DNA of 64,000 nt from Lingula anatina. Taxonomy: Eukaryota > Animalia > Brachiopoda. Below, piece by piece: positions 48,591-62,073 of the stretch; the stretch's first letter is position 1; every line of letters begins with the position of its first letter. The notes beneath the pieces were generated by a model. That model ran no database searches. It saw nothing but the letters and a program-made list of their open reading frames with translations, and was not told the origin of the DNA. The position numbers and the translations under genes were made by a program. The stretch spans positions 12,772,001 to 12,836,000 of the forward strand of contig CM120640.1 of NCBI GenBank assembly GCA_051362555.1. Reading direction: 5' to 3'.

Positions 48591-51500
48591 TAAGTACCTC
48601 TGAACTGCTTATGACAATACATTATGCATGACACCACTTACAGACATCAAGATTACCTGCCATATGAGATATGATATAGAAAATTAAAAGACAGCCCAAA
48701 ATTTTATCAGAGAAATAGTTCAAAATGTCCTAGATCAGACAAATGCATTAGTCAAGTGACATGTGCATATTATAGAATGGCAGTTGGCTAAATCTTGGGG
48801 TTTACTGTGAAAGAGTTTCTGAGGTAGACCCCCAGGGCCACCCATCTGGATTGTAACTGAGAATAGCTTTCTTAGCTAGATATACTGATGCCCCTGTGCC
48901 CTTGGCGTACATTTTGTCTGGGAAAACTTGGATTTGCATTCTCACTACTTTATTGAATTGCTATATCTTTTTAAAGGCTTAATTGCTTCATTAACCTTTA
49001 TGGTGGCTGATGGTTTCTCATGCTTTTCAAGGTATTTAGCTTACCCTTTCACTACATGAGGTTCCCATTGTAAGATAAAATAAAGTGACAAAATTTTTTA
49101 AAAAATGTACACTTTCTAAAATGTTCATTTCATGGATTTGTAACCCCCATTAGGTAACACTAATGTCACCTTTTATCTAGAACACAGCAGTATGTTTTGT
49201 AGCAGGTAGTTATAATAGTAATAGATCCAAGGTCTCCTTGGTGGCCAATGTTCTGAAATAGTTGACATGTGCTACCCTGATGTACTAAAGAACCTCGGCA
49301 TTATATTACATTATGAACTAGTTGTTACAGTAATAAGTTATTAGTTCGGACCACCCGCTCTCATTGGCTTGTAACACCTGTATTCAGGTAAGGAATTGTT
49401 GCCTTAAGTGATGGGACGCTGTTTGGTTATTTGTTATTCTGGACCTCTTTTACTTAGGTAATCCAGGTATAAAAACAAACTATTCTAGTTGTTGAAGAGT
49501 TAAATGTATCAGAGCGCAGTTCTGAGTCGAATGCCACATGAAGGTAAGACCTTCTCGTTTGGCCAATAATGGAGGAAATTCTTTTCATTTGTTATGACTG
49601 GAGATTATCTTCTGATCTATTAATTGGTGATAGAAAAGGTTCCAAATAAATTTTGGCAGACTTTTGTTTATGCTGGCCCCTAGGTGTTGGGTAAACCTGC
49701 AGTAATCTAATTACTCCATGAAACATCCAATGAATGAAGAGTTCTATGTAGAAGTGAACTGGAGAAGGAAAAAATGTAGACTTCGTTTATTCCTTAATGT
49801 TAGAAAGATAGGAGGTAGAAGGATAACAGTATGTCTCCATCGCTTGGAGTGAAAGGAACAGCAAGGGTATAGACAATAATAACTGAAAATTATCTGGAAA
49901 GAAAACCAAAATTGTGAGCAAGATTGAGGTGAGAGAAGGTTTAAGGACAGACGTTCAGAGAAAGGATAAAGATTGAAAGATATGGGGAAAAAAAAGATAT
50001 ATCTGTTTCTCTCTTATGGGTGTTCTGAGGTTGACAGGAAGCTACATGGGTTGTTTTGGTTCGGGTCATTACCTTCTTCCTCAGGGGTCCCTCTTCAGTG
50101 GTCTCTAAGATATGATGGATAGTTAGAAATGATATGGTAGAGTACCAAAGCAGGGGAAGTCTGTGTGGGTAAAATGCTCTTTTTTCTTTGTTTTTGATGG
50201 TAGTTTTATTAGCAGAAAATTTATCCCAGCCACAGGTACTGATCTTTGAGACATACTGACATACAGTGTATGAGTATTTTTTTACTTAGGTAAGTCATTA
50301 TCAAGGAAATGACCTGATTTTGAGATAGATTCTAAATTGAGGTGCCAAATTCTTCTAAATTTCAAGTTAAATTTCAAACTTCTTTGGGATTATATTGCTA
50401 TCTTCCTGTCAAGATCATTATCCAACATTGACGTTTGGGGAAGGGAAACAAATTTCCGTCTGCCAGCTGCCCCTCTGCTATTGGCAGCTGATGATGGATG
50501 GTGGACATTAAATTAGGGGTCAATACAGATTTCTGATAGAAACTGACCACCAGGGAGACCCTGTTCATTTGGCCACTTTTGTCATCTGCAAGGAAAGACT
50601 GTTTGTGCCAGTAGATAAGGGAAAACAAAAACCAGACATTGAACCATCGAAATTGCTCCGTGATAAGTCTACAGACTGTCTGCATGGTGGAGACTGGTTT
50701 TAATGAAAGTAAAAGCTATTTTACAAGTTTTTTAGTCTGGCTGGAATAACTCATCTCTAAGTGGCTCCTAGTGTGAAGACGTAGGAATGGATATTAAATC
50801 TCTTTTTTGAGTGGTTCATTTATGTTCTTTACTGTGACTTTAACTAATGTATGCTCATACAGTTTGAACAAGGACTATCTTGTGGCAAGAGTGAGAGAGA
50901 ACTCCTGGTGGTGTTGATGTGTTTCTATGGTAAGTAGGTGGCATTAGCTGTCAAGAGGTTACACTATGTTGTGCCGTTTAGTTTAACCACCTTACTGTTC
51001 AAGATCAATTTGGATTGGAAAGTGTGACGCATTCCATTAGTCAAGGCTCTTTATTCCAAGTGCTTCTCAACTTTTTTTCTGCAACAGTTTGAAATGATTT
51101 CATGTTTACCATCTTTTTTCTGCTTTTGAATTTCAGTTCTAAAGCTTTGTAACAGTAGTTGCATGCTGTAATCTGTTTCCATAAAAACAGAGTAAAAAAG
51201 AATTTATGGCTTTGAAAAATCCACTTATTAGAATTATAAAGCAAAAGGTTTGTAAAATTTTGTTAGTCATAGGAAATGGCATGACTAGAGCAATTTTCAT
51301 CTCTCTACTCAAACTGCATGTTGAAAGAATTAACAGGTGTTTGTTCTGGCATATCCATAAAACACAAGATAAAAGTAATTACCTAAGACGGAAAGCTAGG
51401 CAACATCTGATTCGCTATATAATTCCAAAAATGAAAAAGAAAAAAATCACAAAAAATATGATTTAAGAGAAGCACAACCCAAAGGATACAAACAACTACA

Positions 51501-54500
51501 GGGCTGCTTTTTAAAGGAGGCCTTAAATCATTTTAGTATAAATGCATTACATTTACAGCCATGACTTGAACATGTTCCAAATCTTAGAGATATGGTAATA
51601 AGAGATCAATTTATTCAACAAATGTGGTTATCTAAGTTCATCATGGGAGCATTGGGAAATTCTTAATGTAAAGAACATGAATATGCATCTTTCTGTGAGC
51701 AAGAAAAACCATCACCTCAGATGCAGCTCAAATAGTCTAGTTCAGTTCAATACACAATACTGGAAGCACTGTTATCATTCTTACTACATGATACTTTTGA
51801 AAACAGATACTGAGAAGAAACTTGAGACCAGATCATTAGTGTTTGTGTAGTCTTTTGGGAAATGAGCTGCAGATGAATTGCAGATTTTTTCTTTGTCTTG
51901 AGGGGTATCTCTTTTTTTTTTTCTTTTAACAGTGATACACTGATATGAGATAAATGCAAACTGGATATTAGAAGTGTATGAGAATAAACAGCATGTTAGT
52001 AGATGTTCCTGTCCATTTGCTCTGAAGCCACACTTGCAAATACAATCTGCTATATTACTGTGTACCATCCCCAGTATTATTTTGTATTACCTTCCTCCCC
52101 CTCCTTTTACATCTCTGTGAATAGAGATGAATAGAGCTCCCAGATAACCATTCCATTCTGAATATTATTTTTGCTAGATAAGTATCTGTGAGGGCAATCT
52201 TTTATCAAACTCCAGTTGAGCCACTGTTTGGTACTGTGAAACGAGTAATTCATATATTGGAAAGTTGTACTTTTTGACCCTTATCAGTATCTGTATATGA
52301 ATAGATATTAATGGTTTTAATAATTTCCTGTAATAAGTCCACCATTTGTCCTTCATTTATCCCATCTCCTAATTTTCATTTATCGCATTGATTATTCCTA
52401 TTATGTTTTAAATACAGGTCAGTCGAGGTTTGTTATAAGCTGAGTATGAATGTCTGTTAATGTACTGTGCACAGCTGATCTGTTAAAATGGATGTTTTAT
52501 TGCACTTTCTTTTAGTGTTAGAATCGATCCACTTTAGTATATCTAGTTGGTCATTTGTTTGATTCTGTGGTGGGCCTAAGTTTACCCTCATTTCATTACA
52601 ATTAAAGAGTCATTTTATTAAATCAAACCTTAAAGGCAGTGAAGCAATATTCAGAAAAGGCTGTAAATCAATTGAAAAATCAGTCAAGGGCCTTAAAATA
52701 CGCTGTGGAGGTATGATCTCCTTTCCAAATTTAGCTTTTTTTCCAGAAAAATAATTTCATTATACCCTCAGCTCCTTGTGATCATTTTGCCATTTGTATT
52801 GTATCTACCCACATGTGCCTATCACATGGTCAATTATAAACAGCTTGTGGACAATATGACCATAGTTGAAGTATGAGGGCGAGCACCAGGCAGTGGAAGG
52901 GAGAAAAGTTCAGTAGACAATGCAATACATTGTATCTAGGTGTGTATCACTACCAGATCCTTTCCTGTAACCCCCACCCTTGCACTTGTCTATAGAGAAG
53001 AAAAGAAAAAGAATAGATGAAGTTAGGATCAGAAAGAGATATTTGATTGTTCATAGTTGAATAGTGACCAGATGTGCATCTGTTCAAACAAGACTATTTC
53101 TAAACCCAAATCTTAAACAGATTTCAAATGTAAATGTTGATGCTTCCCTATATTCACTGATCAAATGCCTATAAATGTTGATTGCAGTCAGTTGATTGTT
53201 GATACCATGATATAGACTTGATTATCATTTATGTGTACCATCCTCAGTGTCATTTTATTTCTGTACTATACTGGGCAAAAGCTAATTCTTGTAAATGGTA
53301 ATGACTCAATCTTTTCAATTTATATTCACATTTATAATTTTACAATTATTAAAATTACATTTCTAGTATATAGCATATGTGATGCTTTTACAGTTTTGAA
53401 TGGAACTGTAGTTTAGTCTGTTTTTCCACTTTGTTTCTACCACTAGATGAGAATGTCCTTATTGTAAGAATTTATAAATTTTAAAAAATGCAATAAGTTT
53501 TAAATTCTCAGTTTTCCTCATTGAAAAGATTGACTCATTACAGTACAGGTGTTGGCCAGTGAGATAAACCATTTGACCATCACTGGTCCTGCAGGTGTGC
53601 TTGGTGACTGAGTGATGGGTGAGAAATAGCAAGACTTGTGTATACAGTGGTGTAACACCAGTTTCCTACATTGCCAAGGTTTATTTAGTGAGACAGGCCC
53701 TAACTAACACCTGCAAAGAAATTGATTGGTCAAAAGAAAATAAAAAATAATGGTCGAAAGTAATATTTTATTTATCTCGGGAGGAAAAAAATGCCAAAAG
53801 ATGTCAATTTATTAGTTTAACTTAAGAGAAAAATCCTTACAACATCAAACGAGAGAAGTGGGTCTAACCTATACTACCCCCCAACAAGTTTCTTTGGCAA
53901 CAGATTAGTATTATGAGACACAAGAAAGTTGCTATGTTTAAACAGCAGGACAAAGGGATACAGTTGCTATGTTTATTCCTAGAACAGTTGTTTCCTACCA
54001 GCTCCCTGACTGTGCTGACTGACACTGATGCCTTTTCTATAGCCTGCCCAGGGTTTTTGCTGTTTGTTCTTTTGCTTGTTGGCAAGTTTTAATGGGCAGG
54101 TGTTGGGGGGTTGGGTCTCCATGCTTTGTCCTTACTGTTTTGGCAGCAGGTTTACATTTTATGTTTTGTTGTGTTTTACTTTGGAGGGATATAGTGTGAC
54201 AACCTGAACTTTGTGAAGTGTTTCTCAAAGGCCACATATATACAACCCTGTACTTACCAAACCCTACACTTCTGAACTATCATGCCTAACATATGGGAGA
54301 GAAGACAAGTGGTAAGTGTCAACTAAATCTTTGTTATTTTCTTTAGCTTTATCTAAAGCTGATGTTTGCAGGGGAAAAAAAGAAACAAAACATGTTATGC
54401 ACTACACTATAAAACTTATCTGGCTGGTATTACTTTGTGCAAATTCTTTGCATAATTTTGTAGTCTTAGTTGTCAAAGCTTTATACGCTTGCTGAAAGAA

Positions 54501-57500
54501 TGCAAAAAAGATATAATCCACTTTTTTCAAACAGAATCAGGTGTTTTGGACTGAATTTTAAATAATTGTGACAAGATGGGCGTGTTAGAAGATTAGACAT
54601 ACTTGTAATCAGTGATTCTTTTATTGTGCCAAAAGATGCAGAGTTATGCAAGGTTGACGTGTTTACTCTCATCTTGTTGCAGTAATTGTTCATTGATGTA
54701 GCAGTTCAATCAGTAATTCACCTATCAATTGTCACCCAGTTGCTGAAAGGGTGCAGTGGAAGGCTGTGCCATTAAGTAAGCCTGTTTGATGATCAAACTG
54801 GCAAGCGGAATGATTTCATATTGATTCAGATTTTTCTTTTTTACACATATATTTTATTGTCAAATCCATTTGAGTCTAAATAGAATTTTGTGCACCTAGT
54901 TAATATGACAGACTTTTTACTTGAGTGGTAAATTTCCTTCTTAGTTTTTAGCCAATTAAGGTCAGAATAATTAATATTCTTACAGTTGGTTGAAAGAAAA
55001 CAATTTCTACAAAATAAATCACCTCTTTCAGTGACACAACAGGAATATGCTTTTAACTACATCTCTAGTTTTAGATGATTTTGTTGTTAAGTCCGACTGG
55101 TCCAGGTTGGTGTGGTAAACAAAAAATCTGAAGTGAAACTAATGGGTTTGCACCAAGTAGGCTACAATAATGGAGCTCGTGCTGAGTCCTTTGTCATGCC
55201 TCATCTTTCTTTAACCCCATGACAACAGTGCTGTGTGGAATTACAGCCTCAACCCATGATGCCCACATAGTTGTATGGATCCTTTTCATTTGGTTCTGGA
55301 AAATCTATAGTGTAGTTCTTGACTGGGCTTCTGGAACACAGATCAAAGGGTCTTCATTAGATACAGAAATCAAATTTACTAGAACCATTTTCTTTATTTG
55401 TTCATTTGGGATAGAATATACTCCTTTTACCACACAAAAGGTCTATGAGACAACTATCTACACTAATCACATAACTGAATTACCAAGAAAATGAAGTGGT
55501 TCAACCGGAGTTACATCAGACAGAAATTTTGCAATTAAGTTTGATGCAAACAAAGGGACAAAGGCACATTAAGTGGGCGCTTTTCTGTTATTGTTTTCTT
55601 TGGTAGCATGGAAAAGTGTGGCAAACAGATATAAATATTGGATAATCAAGTTTACTCTTAATTGTGGTCATTTACTGTGGCATCAAAAGGACTGATGTGA
55701 AAATAAGGGACATAAACTTATTGAATTGCATCCATCTTGCTCATATTGAATTCATTGCGTGAACCAGGTGAAATGCTTGAAGATATGACTAATAAATTGC
55801 AGACCATAAAATACAAATGCCTGTTTCCATAAAAAAGTAGTTAACATCAGTATACAACATCAACTCCACAACAAATATACAGTAAAAAATATGAGTACAC
55901 ATCTTTATTTTGTAAAATATTTTGAAAATTCCAACACTGCTGCTGAGAGGGGAGGGAGAGATAGATGTTATGTATTTTGGAAGATTAACCTTGTATGTTG
56001 TAAGATCTATCTGCCACTGCAAATGATAGATTTCTACCACAGCTGTTAGTACTAATAATGAACTTCTGGTATCTTTTTGATTTATATGCTGTTGGTGAAT
56101 AGTTTTTCATATATATTTTTGTGTTATAGTTGGCCTGGCTTCTGTATGCACTGTTTCTAGGAATCCAACTTTTTCGTGAAGTTCTAAGAATCGTTCTGCC
56201 AAGGAGTCCACTGATCCCATTCAATATACATGTAATTTGACAGCCTTGTCTCAAGCATATGCAGGAACCTCATGAAAACCCCGTGCATTTTGCTGGTGAC
56301 CATCCAGTCCCTACTAACCCACCCTACACAGTTGGGACTTAATGTGGTTGACATTTGTGACCCTGTCTCCTCATCTTTCTGAAAGAGTTTATCAATGCTT
56401 TCAAATTGGTTTGAAAAATGTAGATGACAATAAGGGGGCTGCCCCTAGCTTGGAGTGAATCACACAGAATAACCAAAGGTCAGGGCATTTTGGAAAATCA
56501 AAGGGATTTTCTGTTTTGCTAGGTGGGTCTAATAGCAGTGTTGTCATGGATGGGTAGGTTGTGATGTCATTTTCAGGTTTTTCAGGATGTCTGTAGAGGC
56601 TCTTGAAAGTGGAAACTGCTTATTATAGTCAAAAATAGAATTACGCTTGAGAAATCTGTAAAGTGTAAATTTCAAAATTATCAAGAAAAAAACTTCTATG
56701 ATGCTTGGATCACAGATCAAAGACACCCCTTTCCTAAATAACAAAAAAAGGAGGAAGAAAAAAGGAAAAACAGGAAATTTTATGCCATATTTGTCATGCA
56801 CAGCTACTAAATTTGACTTGCTTTTAGAAACAGAAGTCATGCAGGTATTGAACAAGACAATCAGCATCTGTTGATAAATAATTGCTATTTGATGCATCAC
56901 ATGTTTTCTTTACTCTGACTTAAAAACTTCTCATTAAAATTGAACAAAGGATTGATAAATAAGCATTTACAGACAAAGGGAACACAACTTGGCCAGTTTT
57001 TTTAACGTCAGCTTTCCATATTCCACATTGGTGATCCCCCCCTCCCCTTGTACCCCTTGTCCCCAAGGTGAGATTGTCTTGTTGGAGTGACATGTTGCTC
57101 TGTGGAGCCTGTCAAGAAGCAGACACAAAGGGGATAACTGGTGACTTGTGTGCCTTGAGGAGCCACTAAGGTGATAGAGAATAGGACAGATTACCCTTTC
57201 CATTAACTTCACTGGGTAATCTCCTCAAAGTTTAAAGACTGGCACTGTTAGATGAAAAAATAATTCATTTTTTCTGTCAGAGGTCAGGACAGGGACACAG
57301 GATTCTTCGGGGCATTGTTATAAAAATTTCACAATATCCATCAGTGACATGGTATTGTTTGAGCAGTTGAGGTACTGTGAAAGTTGAGAATCAGAATGTT
57401 TGTCTTAGAAGCCTCCTGGATGGATTTAGCTGTTGCTAAGTGGTTTGATTTGCAGGGTTTTTTTGCTGAAGGACAAATCTGTTCCATCTGCTACAGTTCT

Positions 57501-60500
57501 CAACTGATTTGATGCATTATGAGCATTGAAACTGCATCATGCTAATGAAAAACGAAGCTGGAAATTTAGTATTTTCTCCTCATACCAGCATGTGGGTCTA
57601 GATGAAAAGGATCCATTATTTATTCAAAGGATGCATCATTTGTTTTTTAAAGTAGTAAATTTTTTTAATGTCAAAATTCCATCTTCAAGTTAGATCCATT
57701 TCAACTGCATTGTTGTAACAGTGTTAAAATTACACCGTGCCAATTAATACCAAAAACATACATTGTTAATACTTACTTAACAGGTCATTGTTATTGGCAC
57801 TGTTCTTCTTTTATGACGAACAAAAATGTAACTCCCATGTGCTAAAATTCTCACCTGGTAAAATTGACAGCCATAGCACTGTATATATACACAGGCAGCA
57901 GTCAGACACTGTTGAAGCTTTTGTGTCAATATTTATATATCGAGTTGCTGTATCTCCACGATAAGAAGGGAAGTTGGGAATTCTGTAGCTAAGGTAGCTG
58001 GAAGATGGTGTAATTACCTCAGGTTGCACAAGTTATGTTGTTTCAAATTGATTGTGTAAGTAGACAGGACCATTGAGAAATCTAAATGCTACAGTCTTGA
58101 TTTCATGAGAATACCTGGAGAGGGCACTTGCCTGGATTTGAAGAAAAATGTTTAGTTCTTGATTTTGCCGTTTACTTTAAAAAAATCAAATGTTTCTTTA
58201 CAAATGAAGGAGATGTTCACATTTAGAAGTTGAAGTGGGACAAAGGAAACAGAAGGCAGATGGAAGTTAACCTCTAGGTGTTATTTTCATTGTCACTTCT
58301 CAGCTTCAAACAAGCGATAAATTGAAAAAAAAAATACTGCATGCACAAAGAGTTGTGTCTGTGCGTAAACTTCTTGAATGGACAATTTAACACCAGTGAA
58401 AATACTAGTTTGATTGTGCTGAGAGAAAGACGAGTCCAAGAGCCAAAAACAACTGTATTGAACTCTCACTTTCAGTGCAAATAATTCCAATATTGGAACT
58501 AGCCTAGAGGTAACTTGACCAGCGGAAATAATTTTTTTTCAATGAAGACCAAGTAGGGGATGATTCCATTTTGTTCATTTGAAACAAAACAATCTTGACC
58601 TAGTACAAAGCACCTGCTCCAGAGACATTTAATTTTGTTCTGAGGGAAAAAAATGTTACCAAGTCCTGACTGATATTGTGTTCTTGTTTTGCTTCATTTA
58701 CTTGATTAACAGGGGGTATAAAAAGTGTGATTCACACAACCACAGGCCAATTTGGCATCCCCTGATGAATTATTTATGCACCAGGACCTCACAGAGACAT
58801 TTATCAAGCTTACACAACCAAAAATACATTTATTGCAGTTTGCTCGCCAAATGCTTAAGCTATTCATCAACTTTTGATTACTGATTTACTTGCTTTGGTC
58901 TTTATCAAAGTTGATCAGACTGAAGAGTTGGGGTTTATATATTTTATGGCTGAGAGTGTGCTGTGACAGCCCTAGTGCTGTTAAAAAGGCAGTGGAGTAG
59001 AGAGAAAGAGAGAACTGTTTGCGGTATTGGTCTTTTGTGTAAGTCCTGAATGCAACAACAGGGGAAGGAAGTCCCTTGCAAACCTTGTGCAGCTGGTGTC
59101 TTTTCATCAAGACTGAGTCATCAGGTTTGAGAAGAAAAATTGAAGTGAATATCATTAAGATTTAAAAATAAACTATAAAAAACAGGCTGAATGACGTTTC
59201 TTACATCATTTTGAGAAAAGCAGAAGAGTGTATGGTGTTCATAGAGCAATTGCTAGCCTTCCAGATTCTTCATAAGTATCATGTATATCATAAATTTCCA
59301 GGGGAAAAACCGAATCTAGATTCCTCAGATTATTTGAGTGTCATTTGCAAAGGAAAGTGGCTCGTGGAGGCATTCAGAGAATCCATAATCAGAAAAGGTC
59401 ATTCTTGGTAGTGCGAAGCACAGGTATCTTGTCCTGTGTACAAGTAGTGGAGGTATGCCCTGGTAGAAGGAAGCTGTGGAGAGTGCAGACCTGGAGGTGT
59501 TCTAGGGAATACTACCATGTCCAACAGTAATAAAAGAGGAGGAGGGAAAATAAAAAGTACTTGATGTAAAGTATTGCTGCGTAAAGAGGAAGAACACAAC
59601 TCGGGTTTACAATAACTGACCTGGCCTCGTATGATAAACATATTTTTAAAAACCACTGTAACAAACAACTTCCTTGAGCTGTTTGGCAGCCCTCCTGCTG
59701 CATGTATCATGTATAGCTGCTGAGGCCAGATGGGCAGTATGCTTTATCCAAAAAGATGGAATGTTTGACAAGGGGATGATTTCCCCATTACTTCACTACA
59801 CACACCACATGAGACTTGAGTGGCTAGTTTTCTAATTCGGTCTGATCAGCAAGGCCAGGTGAGGGGATAGACAGCTAGTATAGGACAGCCCTGCCTGTGT
59901 TGCAATCAAGCATAAGAGCCAGGTATTCTGGTAGAGAGAGATCAGAGTGGTAGGGAGCTGCCTTCTACCTGGGGATTGATTGGACGGGTTGTGTTTACTG
60001 CAGGCAACAAGCAGGCACTGAGGCAGCAACAGCAGGAAGATCAAATCATGCCTTCATTCCCTCAAGACATTTGGATGGGGAATCAGGCTTGATTGTGAAC
60101 AGAAACTGGTCTTTTCTCATTTAGTGAGCTTGAGTTTTAGCTCTTGTTATTGAATGTGTGGCGGGAGAGAGGAGAAAAATCAATGAGTTCAACATCTCTT
60201 GAGAAAAACGTGGTCTCCTGCACATATTGACAGTTCCTTGTTAATTTGTCATCATCACGTGTGTGGAGTGCACATTGTCAGTTGCCTAGATGTGACAAAT
60301 TGCTTAAGGAGGAGACAATAGGATTACAGTGCAGTTCACCTCTTTTAACTGACTGCTACCTTTCATTATTTACGTCAGCAGGACTTCACAGTGCATTTTT
60401 TTCTGGGATATATGGAGTTTTTTTTTATCAACTTCTGTTTTCTTGATAATATTTAGAAATTGCATGGAATTATACCAATTGAAAACTTTGCTGTATGTCT

Positions 60501-61222
60501 AGTTCTAAGACTTGCATATAGGATTTTTTTTTACCTGGAAAGCATATTTGGAAAAATATGAAGGACATAATAACCTGAGGATTTAGTTCTGGGATTATCA
60601 TTCACTACTGCTACTACTACTACTGTTGCTGCTGCTTTTGTACAATGTCTTATGAGAAGTATGATGATGAAAAACTCTGTGACAATGTCACGGAGACTTA
60701 TATGGTTAGTATGCCCTGTATTTTTACTTTTTTCCTTAGATGAATTATGAAACAATTTCTTTGGACCAACCAATTTTTCCATTAATGTAGACTGCAAATT
60801 TATTTATAGATTTTAGCAGGTTATAATTCAAATGTGTCAACTTTTGATCTTCACTTTCGGTACTAGTATGTCTACATCTGACCTAGTCTGCTAGGAATTT
60901 TTTTATTTGTCATTGTCGCCTAACTTGAACGTAAACCTTTGATCTTAGGTGTATTTATAAACTTGTAGGCATTTGTTCTTCTTTGATACCAGCATAGCAA
61001 CATAATGTAGACTCCATTGTCCCTCTTTGCCTCGGGGAAAGAATGGGGGGAAATTAACACTGGACATAATATCATAGAACAGTCATAACTTAAACTATGG
61101 CAATGGAGTTTTCGCATGTGGTGGAAGCAACATGTTAAGCCAAAATGGAGGGAGTCTCAATTTTTCAAAATATTTAATCTAAAGTGACTTAAACTAATTT
61201 GTTGCTATTGATTCTGACATTA

Positions 61223-61236
61223 GTTGCCATGGTAAC
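61223..61236. promoter_or_regulatory. RFX X-box, GTTGCCATGGTAAC
   Basis: Exact match to the palindromic RFX/DAF-19 consensus GTTNCCATGGNAAC. Function not demonstrated. Confidence 0.55.
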
Positions 61237-62021
61237 TGATATCTTCAGTAATATGTAAATCTGATAATCTGTCTATTGAACCGATTATTGCCAAGAGCCA
61301 GATGCAGTGAAATTGCCAAATTATATTTTCATGATCGGATCTAGCAATGAAAACTTTGGATCAGGCTCTGAATTGTGAAAATGGAATATCAATATAATTA
61401 CTGTGTTCTATTATGAGAATTCCCACTGGATGGGTCAGTTCCAGAATTCCTTATTTTGTACAGTAGAAAATACATTTTAAATAAATAAAAAAAATCTCCA
61501 AATTTACATTCAGAAAGGAAAGTAGATGATTTAACCTTATATTGATGAAGCTGATCATTTTCGATATGTTCATATTAAGTTACTTCTTGAAGAGATTTCT
61601 TATAAGTGAATTGGTTAGTCAAATGTAAGAATTGTGCACGGCTTAGATGTGGAAGATACGTTAGAGAAACAGTTATAACTGACAGTAAGTGATACTCCCC
61701 ACAGTATGAAATAGAACTGAAATAAAGCATCTAAACATAGCCATGGTGCACACCTGTTTAGTGAATTTCTTCCTGCAGGTGACTTGCAGATGATGTTTTT
61801 GGGAAAAGATAGATTTAAAAACCTAGAATATTTTATTTCCAGTTCATTTGATGTAGTGTATATTAAGAGCAGTATAGAGGTATGGAATCATAAGCATGTC
61901 AGTTAAAAAGCAATTAAAGCAAGAGAATTGATTTCTTTGGTTCTGTATGTGGATAGGAGCACCTGTTTGTGTTTGACAGGTACTAGTTGTGAAATGAGAT
62001 TTGCTGCATTCCATTTTTAAC

Positions 62022-62025
<4 letters not shown>

Positions 62026-62071
<46 letters not shown>
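62026..62071. repeat. (TC)n microsatellite, about 23 units
   Basis: Uninterrupted TC run seen directly. Confidence 0.97.
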
Positions 62072-62073
<2 letters not shown>

